A stretch of 64,000 nucleotides of DNA from Malacoraja senta (Eukaryota), in NCBI GenBank assembly GCA_038087875.1, contig JAXLNO010001914.1, positions 62,001-126,000 of the forward strand, read 5' to 3'. Each line of letters begins with the position of its first letter. Position 1 is the first letter of the stretch. A program made the translations under genes and the position numbers. Below are positions 12,981-22,500 of this stretch, piece after piece. The notes beneath the pieces were generated by a model. The model saw nothing but the letters and a program-made list of their open reading frames with translations. It was not told where the DNA came from and did not search any database.

Positions 12981-13061
12981 ATGGAGTCAGTGTTCGTCAC
13001 GGTGGGCACCACGAGTTTCGATGAGCTGGTGGAGAAAATCTCCTCCGAGAAGACAGTTAGG
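12981..13061 (+). CDS. ALG13: ALG13 (UDP-GlcNAc transferase subunit) coding exon 1, probably a transposon-captured copy
   Basis: MESVFVTVGTTSFDELVEKISSEKTVR matches the ALG13 N-terminal motif VFVTVGTTSFD. It has 27 codons, then AGG|GTGAAT as a phase-0 donor, matching the vertebrate exon-1 length as I recall it. Kozak context is GGGATGG. No exon 2 was recognised downstream. Confidence 0.88.
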
Positions 13062-13602
13062 GTGAATTACCACAACGGTGGCGGCAGAGGAGACCCCGGG
13101 GGACGGTTAGACGGGACCGCCATTGCCGCAGAGGGCGGGCGGGAGAGCGGGGTGAGTGATGAGGGAGAGAGACGGGACCAGGGCCTCCACTGAATCCCAC
13201 CCCCCCCCCCCGCTGCCGGTGGTGGGGAAGACGAAAGACAAGTTACTGTGAAGAGGGGAGAGAGGAGTTTGTGAGTGAGGTGGGACGGGCCGCCACTGGT
13301 GGGGCAGGAAGGGGTGTCGCCATCCCGGCTGTGGCTTTGACTGACAGGAGAAGATACCAATCTGCATGGCGCTGACTGAAGGAATCTGTGCACGCGCAGT
13401 TTTTTTGATGTTTAAACCTCAAAAACTTTTACAATATACCACCGATCGGAACAAAACTTGTTGCACTCGCAGCACAGGAGAACGATGAGTAACCTGCCGA
13501 ACAATCGTAGCGCTATCACATACCGTTTTTGCGCAAATAGAAAAACCGTGCAAACCGAAAGAGCACAAGATTTGAGTTTTAGTTATGTATAGAAAAGTGG
13601 CT

Positions 13603-13732
13603 GAAACAAACAACTGCAGTTGCTGATTAATACACAAAAGGGCACAAAGTTCTGGAGTAACTCAGCAGATCAGGCAGCATCTCTGGGGAACATGGACAGG
13701 TGATGTTTCAGATCGAGACCCGTCTTCAGACT
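13603..13732 (-). mobile_element. Penelope terminal-repeat copy with decayed hammerhead motif
   Basis: CTGGAGTAACTCAGCAGATCAGGCAGCATCTCTGG..GGTGATGTTTCAGATCGAGACCCGTCTTCAGAC, with the tail at 13603-13640. Confidence 0.8.
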
Positions 13733-14914
13733 CTCAATTGGAACTGGGCCTAGAATCTAGGTGAGTTGATGGCCCCAGTCTGCTGGTGGTCAGGGGAGAG
13801 GCGTGGATCATCGGAACCAATGGAGTGGAGTGAGCCGGAGGTGGCGTGGGCAGCCATCGGTAAGTCCATCCGCTATAACCAAAATCCGTTATAAAGGGGA
13901 CTGTTAAAATTAGGGTTTTCAAATTATTTGTAGTATTAATGTTTTAAAACACTCTCCCTTCCACTTCCCTTAACATGGAAGGGCAGGAAGAGCCATCCTC
14001 CCTTCGTCTGCCAGCTATCATTTCCGCACCCTATTACAGCCATTCTTGGTAGAAGGATAGCATGTGGAATTTAAAACACACCATGCGGTTTAAAATAAGA
14101 AATAATTGGCAGGAACTCAACAGGCTGGTGCATTGGATCTGGAAGCCCATCTTAATGTGAAATCAACACCGTCTATTGCTAAATTGTCCAATTTGCATTT
14201 CTTCTGTTTTGTACTTTCTGCATTCAACGTTCTCTTTACATTAATGCTGTGAAGGTATCTGGTTTGAAACTGAGGTATTTGGATTATAATAAAACACCAA
14301 AAAAGTAACATGACTTTATGCTTTCAAGGATGTGGGCATTGCTGACAAGCAGCATTTAATATCCATCCTTGGTTGTTATTTGATAGGGATTTAACACCGA
14401 CTCAAATGAATGACAATGTATTTCAATGTATATACACCATTAAAATGGTTGCCAATCTTTGAAAGATTTTGCTAAAAATATATTATTAAAATATTAATAT
14501 TGATCAATTTAAAATCTCAAGTGAGATTCATGGAAATAATAATATCTGATTATTGCAGTTATTTCTAAAAACACCTAGTTACTGCCAGATGACAATTAAC
14601 AACATAAATATATCAAACAGACTAATTAATTGCATAATGTTCATTGATAAAATTACAGTAAAAGCATAATTCAGATTCCCCTGAAAACTTGCATGCAGCC
14701 ACATTGCCTATTTTAGATTTAATTACAGTTATGTCAAACCTTAAACGTTCTTATTTGGGTATTGATAGCTCAAGACAATGTTTCAACGTCCTTCCAGCAA
14801 CTTAGAAAATACACGAGGATAGCCTGCTCAGAGCTTTAGGACTAAATCAATTCTGTATTCAACAGGCTTTGCAAGAGAGTGGTCCATGAGAAATTAAATA
14901 GCAATGATGGAATG

Positions 14915-15056
14915 GAGGTTACCACGGGTATCAGGAGTTATGGGGAGAAGGCAGGAGAATGGGGTTAGGAGGGAGATAGATTAGCCATGATTGAATGGCG
15001 GAGTACACTTGATGGGCTGAATAGCCTAATTCTGGCCCTATCACATATGACTTGAT
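14915..15056 (+). mobile_element. CR1 LINE 3' end
   Basis: GGTATCAGGAGTTATGGGGAGAAGGCAGGAGAATGGGG..AGCCATGATTGAATGGCGGAGTACACTTGATGGGCTGAATAGCCTAATTCTG matches the typical CR1 3' UTR. Confidence 0.8.
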
Positions 15057-18000
15057 CATCCGATATTAAAGAGAACTTTAATGTATAACAAAGCTTGAGA
15101 ATAGAAGACCCCAAAAGTAATTATTTTTCATCTTCATATGAGGAAAACTGCATCATTTATTTGCAACTGTAAAGTACACTTGTTCATGAAAAGAAACTCA
15201 AAAGGGTTGAATTTCCACTGTGGGAGCACTTGCCCAGAAGCGAGTGCACAGAGGGCAAGAAAGGAGCACTTGTCTTCTCCACCCCAAGTTATACTTCATT
15301 CAAATTTCCTCCATGGATATCTATACCTGTAAAGGGTACAGTGTTGTGTTAAACACTGGTTGTCAAATCAAGAAACAACCCAAGACTAAACTATATACTT
15401 TTTTATATAACTAGACTGCTCCAACGTATCACATGTTCTCTTCTGGATCATTCTGTGCCCTTGCCTCCTAATCCAGAACACTGGTTCTGGCGTCCCTGGA
15501 ATCACTGAGCCAAGGTAAAAGAAGGAAACAAATCAGTAAAGAAAAACATATCTTCAATTTTATTAAAATCCAAGCTGCAGAATGTGTGTGTTCAGTTTTG
15601 CTTGGAGAACACCAAAGAAAATAGCTTGCTTACAGATTTTGTTTTTGATTAGTAAAGATATACATTATGAAAAATGACCAAATAATTCAGTGCAGTAGTT
15701 AGAGCACAAGATTTTGATGCACTGTTCAGTGCTAGAATATTTTGCTAATACCAACAGGCTAGAAAATGTAAATTTTTGAAAGGATTAGACAGTGAATTGA
15801 TTTAAGACATGAATTATGATACCAGTTCTACACCAGAGGTCTGAGTGTAAATCCAGCCTGGGAATGAGGGATGAACATCCACTGTTCCTGACAGCTTTAT
15901 AGCTATAGTGTTAATGAATTGTTAGCTGCCACAAAACTACTGCAATTTAGAAATATTTGCATTGAGAGTTCTAGAGTGACAAGAGAGAGAAAATAATCAG
16001 CCTCCGATAGATAAACCAAACCAAGCAATTCACCCTCCCTTTTCTTAGAGCTAAGGTCAGTAGGTCATTTCTACTAATTAATCCTTCACACCGTAGATCT
16101 ATAATTAAAGCAACTTGCAATGTTTGGGAATATCACTGGGCAAACTTACCAAAATCTTGTGACAAAAGGCACATTTCATTCTGAACACTAACAACTGGCA
16201 ACTGTTATGAATAGCTAATTATTTCCAGTGTGCATCTGGGGTCAAGCAATAATGAAATTAATACTTGCCTATTCGGTTCAACAACAGTTGATTGCGCAGT
16301 CCTATTTAAAATTACAGTACATTTCTTGAGACTTTGGTCATGCTGCACCATCTGATTTTCTGGGCTATTGGATGTTCCTTCTTTTAATACCTTAATACAC
16401 TTTTAATACATTTTCCAGTGAACCTAGTGAATTTGAGAAGTGCAGGAAACATACAATCATTCCGAACACCAGTTCCAGCATACGGTCCATAGGTCAGACC
16501 CCAATCATGGCTAAAGATGCACACCAGCTACCAGTCCAGCCCCAGCCCCTGCCATCCTCGGGACTGCTAGCTCTGCCTACATACCCCATCAGCAATCTCG
16601 TCCCCTGATCTCATTCTGCACTAATGAGAGAACAAAGTTCCAAACCATCAAGAGTTCCAAACAACTGGATCCCACATCGTTGGGAGTTTAATCGAACACT
16701 GTCTGGCCTAAAAGTTTCAGTCCTGGGACCATTGTTGCTAATTTCAATTGTACTGCAGTTCCCACTGAAATCATAAACATGCTGCTTGAAAACGAGGCCA
16801 GATTGTTGGGAGAGGTGAGACGGTCACGTTGCTGGGATAGAAAATAGCTGGATAGAGGAAGAAGGGTCTGAGGGAGGGAAATAGTGCTTAGGGTGGGGAT
16901 GATTTGGAGGGAGCCGCAGATTACAAAAAAAATCAGGGTTGTCCATGAGTTAGGATGCAGGTAGGTGAGAAAAAAAAAATTGCACACTTGAAGGTATGGG
17001 CCAATTGGATGGCTAGTGAATGGCAGGGGTTTGTAATGGAGATAGTAAGAAACTGGATGCAAGGAGAATATAGCCTCGGGGTGATTGTGTCCTTGGAGGA
17101 TTGGGAATTCTGATATAAGTAGGGCCTAGGAAGACTGCAATATCCGAGGAATCTCAAAACATCGGGACATCAAAGCTTAGCGTTATATACAGCCTGGGCC
17201 TTATGAAGTCAGGAGTGAAATCAATTAGTGGGGGTGGGGCTAAAATGCCTGAAGGATCAAAGAAAATATTATTAGCAGTCCTGGAACAAGCAGTGTTTGG
17301 CATCTGAATTATTCTGTCATTCTTTCAGTTACTTCAGCAATTTATTTGGTCAGTAAGATTGTCAAGATCCCTTAAAAAGTAGTGAATTAAAAAATGCGTA
17401 CATTTGTGTTAAACATTTTAGTCAACTGCATAATGACCACTGCTGACTGACATGATCCTTCCTTCAAAGGCCAGCATTCTGCTCTTAATTGTTCATAATT
17501 AAATTAACAATACTGCCAATCTACAAAAAAATGATACACTCTGCAATTTTAGCATTCCAGGAGGGGGTTAATTCAAAGCAGCTTCCAACATTTCAGGGTT
17601 GCCACTGAGGAGGATTGGACACCAAATTGTAGCTTCCCTGCCACAGCAGAAAATAAATTATACACTTCAGGCATTTGAATAGAACTGAGTGAACAGAGGA
17701 GATGAAGGCCAGCTCACAGAAGTATTGGCTATGTCAAGTTTGCTGGGAAGGTTCCAGGACCCTACATCTGCTTGGCAACAACTCAGAAAGAGATAGAGTT
17801 ACGCCTTCGCTGGTACAGAGCTTTCCCAGGCTACAATATATGAAAAACAGCTTTCTGTGCATTAGGGAAGAGCTCAGCAGCACTGCATCATACATATTAA
17901 TCTCTCCACTCTAAAAGGGGGTTTACAGTCACATGGTCCAGCAAGTTTACAAGCACATTCCACTGCTGTGTCATGTATGTGCTCAAACCACATGAACGGT

Positions 18001-18194
18001 CTCTATTTTATAATATAGACACTTTACCCTCTCAGACTTAAATACTAAAAACCTTTGCAGAAATTTGCTTAAGAACAAATTGAAAAATATTACTAATGCT
18101 GACAGTCATAATGTGACCTGTTTAGCAATGTGAAAACATTGCTATCCCCCATGGCACATTATTACTTCAAAAAAGTTATGAAAAATGCATGAGT

Positions 18195-18690
18195 ATGATA
18201 GCATAAGTGGTTACTTTACTAATAATCCAAGGACTTGAACTAATGATTCAGAGAACGAGTTCAAATGTCACCATAGCAACTGATGAAATAAATTCAATTA
18301 ATTTAATAAATCTAGAATAATAAGTTAGCAACAGTAATGTGGACTACTAGATTGTTACGAACAACACCTCAAGGTTACTACTATATCCCGGAAAAGAAAA
18401 CCTACTGTTTTTATCTAGTCTGGCACATAAGTAATTCCAATCTAATAATGTGTAGGAAAGAACTACAGATGCTGGTTTAAATCAAAGATGGACACAAATG
18501 CTGGAGTAACTCAGCGGAACAGGCAGCATCTCTGGAGAGAAGAAATGGGTGACGATTCGGGTCTCGACCCAAAAGGTCACCAATTCCCTCTCTCAAGAGA
18601 TGCTGCCTGTCTCACAGAATTACTCCGGCATTTTGTGTCCAAACTAATAATATTGTGGCATACCCTTAAATGCCCACTCAAATGCACATA
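18195..18690 (+). mobile_element. Old tRNA-derived SINE interrupted by a Penelope-derived insertion
   Basis: Degenerate B-box-like GAGTTCAAATGTCACC followed by AAATTCAATTAATTTAATAAATCTAG. The SINE sequence resumes after 18651. Confidence 0.5.
18450..18640. mobile_element. Fold-back Penelope terminal-repeat insertion
   Basis: Two inverted arms meet at GGGTCTCGACCC (~18559-18570). Near-perfect TSD CCAATCTAATAAT (18437-18449) / CCAAACTAATAAT (18639-18651). Confidence 0.85.
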
Positions 18691-18946
18691 CCATAACATT
18701 ATGAAAAACCATAATAAAATAATCAACCTACGCATAGGATTTGAACATGACAAAGACACACTAAACCAAATTAACTTTAGTGATTCCTGATCACTCACAG
18801 TTGGGAGCTAATTCCAGAATTGGGACTGTCCTATGGACATCTCAAACATTAGGCACCAACCCTGGGTGTGAACTATCCCACATGTAGGACAGATCCAAAG
18901 TTACAAGGATGGGCCTCAAATTGGTCAACATTGACTGCAGACCTTT

Positions 18947-19563
18947 GGGGCGGCATGGTGGCGCAGCTGTCTAGTTGCTGCCTTAAGCCCCGTCACACTT
19001 TCCCGAGTTACTCACAAATTCTCCCGCGTTTTCCCCTTGATTTAAACTCGGAGAATGTCCGTAGCGAGTCTGTAGGAGTCCGTAGCGAGTCCGTAGGCTG
19101 TAGATATTTCGTAGCGGCTCGTAATGCCAGCCGTAGGTACTCGGGGCATCAGGTAAGTCGGGACGTTTTTTCAGCATGTTGAAAAATGTCTACGAGTAAA
19201 ATAAATAGCCCCGAGTACCTATGGCTGGCATCTCCGAGTTTGAATCAAGGGGAAAACTCGGGAGAATTCGTAACTCGGGAAAGTGGGACAGGGGCGCCAG
19301 AGACTCGGGTTCCATCCTGACTACAGGCACTGTCTGTACAGAGTTTATATGTTCTCCTCGTGACATGCGCATTTTTTTTCCGGGTACTCTAGTTTTCCCC
19401 CACACTCCAAAGGTATGGATTTATAGGCTAATTGGCCTGGTAAAATTGTAAATTGTCCTTAATGTGTGTGGGATAGTGTTAGTGTGCGGGGATCGCTGCT
19501 CGGCGTAGTCTCGGTGGGCGGAAGGGCCTGTTTCCGCGATGTATCTCTCAACTAAAACTAAAC
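18947..19563 (+). mobile_element. V-SINE (HE1-like) interrupted by a MITE
   Basis: tRNA-like head GGGGCGGCATGGTGGCGCAG..GGGTTCCATCC, V-domain-like GGGTACTCTAGTTTTCCCCCACACTCCAAAG, and a CR1-type tail GAAGGGCCTGTTTCCGCGATGTATCTCTCAACTAAAACTAAAC. Confidence 0.85.
18986..19295. mobile_element. PIF/Harbinger-like MITE
   Basis: Long imperfect TIRs GCCCC(T)GTC(A/C)CACTTTCCCGAGTTAC. Inserted after TTA in the SINE head; the right TSD is lost. Confidence 0.75.
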
Positions 19564-19929
19564 ATCGTGAAGGCATCAGATCAAACTCAGGCATGTAAAC
19601 TCTCTAATGATGACTAGGTGATGGATCAGGACTCTTCCATGTTAAAACTGATGTAGAAAAAACACCAAAGACTTCCTTCATGCTTCCTCCACACAATAGC
19701 TACACCAAAAGAGTCTACCGATTGCTGCAGTTCACTGCTACCAAAGTGGATGTGTAGCACAAGGTTAAAGAATCATAACAAGAGAAAAGCCAACTTAACC
19801 CTGTCTTTGCCAATCTACCTTCCACTGATACATGTCTCTGATAACATTGATACCTTATGGAGGAAAAGCCCCCATAACAGAAGAAACCCTCAATTGTACT
19901 GTGCAGTATTTTCATGTTGAGTGAGGAAG

Positions 19930-20450
19930 ATTCAAATGTTACAGTGCTGGAGCAAGAATTCTTCAAAGGCAAAGTTCTTGGCCAAGCAACCATAAACCGC
20001 TTCACCACAAAATCTCTCTCCAATAGAAGCTTGGAAGTACTCATTTTGCTAATCATTACAGTGTTTGGATCTATTGTGATTCCTCAGATAATGAAACATC
20101 CATACCCACTTGATACAAGAGCAGAACAATAATCAGAAGTGAGCTGATAAAGATAAATACACTCATTCAAACAAGTACCAGGTAAAGATAATCATAAAAA
20201 CAAGAGCCCAATCAACACCCTTTAACACTCAATAGCATTACTGCTGTTGAATCCCCTGCTATCAACATCCTAGGACCTCATTATAAACCAAATGTTTTAC
20301 TGGGGTAGCCAAGTGGATAATGTCACCATTAGTGTGAATTTGATGCTGAATATTCTGCTGCAACTGGCTCATCTTCTGTTTCACCAAAGCTTTTCCACCA
20401 TGAACAAGCTTCATGACAAACATTTTATGTTACTTGCCTGGGAAGGTGGA
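19930..20450 (+). mobile_element. Highly decayed CR1/L2-type LINE RT fragment
   Basis: TTCTTCAAAGGCAAAGTTCTTGGCCAAGCAACC..GCTTCACC resembles a decayed VPQGSVLGP..F.NDL coding sequence, followed by a decayed FADD-like region. Confidence 0.5.
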
Positions 20451-20879
20451 GGATTACAGTTCCCCCCCAAAACCTGGAAATGTGCACCATCAAGACAAAG
20501 CAGGCATTTGATGGACACTCTCTCCACTACCGTAAGCACCATTCTCTCTGCCCCTGGTGAATTAAGGCTGCAGTATTTGCCAGTTGCAGGATGCAATTCA
20601 AAGAGGTTATTTAATAGTACCTTCCCTCTGCATTTCTCGCTTGAATTTTTTTTGCTTTTTACCTCCCATGTTAATTGTTTTCATTCGGGAACCGCATGTG
20701 TAACTTTGGTTGTTTATGCCAGAATGAAGTCTAGTGAAGGATAGAATGGAGTATATTGCAAGCTATCCAGAAAGAGGGCCTGCATAAAAGCATCCAGTTC
20801 TGACGATGCTTGATTACAATGAGCAGTAAGGGATCATTTATATTTTAATGAACTACTTCAGTTCTGTTGGTGCATGTTA

Positions 20880-22500
20880 CAGTGCCCTCCATAATGTTTA
20901 GGACAAAGACCCATCATTTATTTATTTGCCTCTGCACTCCACAATTTTGAGATTTGTAATAGAAAAAAATCACATGCGGTTAAAGTGCACATTGTCAGAT
21001 TTTAATAAAGGCCATTTTTAAACATTTTGGTTTCACCATGTAGAAATTACAGCTGTGTTTATACATAGTCCCCCCATTTCAGGGCACCATAATGTTTGGG
21101 ACACATGACTTCACAGGCGTTTGTAATTGCTCAGGTGTGTTTAATGCAGGTATAAGAGAGCTCTAAGCACCTAGTCTTCCTCCACTTTCCATCACCTTTG
21201 GAAACTTTTATTGCTTTTTCTCAACATGACGACCAAATTTGTGCCAATGAAAGTCCAATAAGCCATTATGAGTGAGAAACAAGAATAAAACTGTTAGAGA
21301 CATCAGCCAAACCTTAGGCTTACCAAAATCAACTGTTTGAAACATCATTAAGAAGAAAGAGAGCACTGGTGAGCTTACTAATCGCAAAGGGACTGGCAGG
21401 CCAAGGAAGACCTCCACAGCTGATGACAGAAGAATTCTCTCTATAATAAAGAAATATCCCCAAACACCTGTCCGACAGATCAGAAACACTCTTCAGCAGT
21501 CATGTGTGGATTTGTCAATGACCACTGTCCTCAGACGACTTCATGAACAGAAATACAGAGGCTACACTGCAAGATGCAAACCACTGGTTAGCAGCAAAAA
21601 TAGGATGGCCGGGTTACAGTTTGCCAAGAAGTACTTAAAAGAGCAACCACAGTTCTGGAAAAAGGTCTTTTGGACAGATGAGACGAAGATTAACTTATAT
21701 TACAGTGATGGCAAGAGCAAAGTATGGAGAAGAGAAGGAACTGCCCAAGATCTAAAGCATACCACCTCATCTGTGAAACAAGGTGGTGGCTATGTTATGG
21801 CCTGGGCATGTATGGTTGCTGAAAGTACTGGCTCACTTATCTTCATTGGTGATACAACTGCTGATGGTAGTAGCACAATGAATTCTGAAGTGCATAGACA
21901 CATTCTACCTGCTCAAGTTCAAACAAATGCCTCAAAACACATTCTACAGCAAGACAATGATCCCAAACATACTTGTAAAGCAACAAAGGAGTTTTTCAAA
22001 GCTAAAAATGGTCAATTCTCGAGTGGCCAAGTCAATCACCCGATTTGAACCCAATTGCGCATGCCTTTTATATGCTGAAGAGAAAATTGAAGGGGACTAG
22101 CCCCCAAAACAAGCATATGCAAAAGATGTCTGCAATACAGGCCTGGCAGAGCATCACCAGAGAAGACACTCAGCAACTGGTGATGTCCATGAATTGCAGA
22201 CTTCAAGCAGTCATTGCATGCAAAGGATATGCAACAAAATACTAAACATGATTACTTTCATTCACATGACATTGCTGTGTCCTAAACAATATGGTGTCCT
22301 GAAATGGGGGGACTATGTATAAACACTGCTGTAATTTCTACACGGTGAAACCGAAATGAAAATAGAATGGCCTTTATTAAAATCTGACAATGTGCACTTT
22401 AACCACATGTGATTTTTTATATTACAAATCTCAAATTGTGGTGTACAGAGGCAAATAAATAAATGATGGGTCTTTGTCCCAAAAATTATGGAGGGCACTA
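20880..22500 (+). mobile_element. Full-length Tc1-like DNA transposon, IR/DR type
   Basis: TA|CAGTGCCCTCC...GGAGGGCACTA|TA. TIRs are ~225 bp, each with outer and inner direct repeats (CCATAATGTTTRGGAC at ~20889 and ~21087). Confidence 0.96.
21226..22245 (+). pseudogene. Disabled Tc1 transposase
   Basis: Paired-like N-terminus with GRPRKT, plus WTDET and QQDNDPKH motifs. NPIAH replaces NPIEH (catalytic E to A). It has premature stops and frameshifts (ORF pieces 21506-22048 and 22045-22245). Confidence 0.93.

Larger units (their letters stand above)
12097..13593 (-). mobile_element. Non-autonomous Helitron carrying a host gene fragment
   Basis: Minus strand starts TCTATACATAACTAAAACTC at 13593. 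It ends with a GC hairpin (plus strand GGGACCC-ATT-GGGTGCC, 12108-12124, one mismatch), a 7-nt spacer and CTAT (expected CTRR) at 12100-12097. No TSD is present. Confidence 0.75.
11999..13903. mobile_element. Degenerate Tigger/pogo-like non-autonomous TIR element hosting nested insertions
   Basis: Left end CAGTAAGCCCACATTATAACGG and right end CCGTTATAAAGGGGACTG form an imperfect inverted pair. Subterminal CCRCTATAACC motifs occur at 12066-12076 and 13870-13880. The TA TSD is not preserved. Confidence 0.6.

Noticed and set aside
18947-19320. tRNA gene
   Set aside because: It is the tRNA-derived head of a SINE, interrupted by a MITE.
19914-20132. 72-aa ORF with a hydrophobic segment (possible micropeptide such as SERTM2)
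   Set aside because: No resemblance to SERTM2, and it overlaps a decayed LINE RT region.
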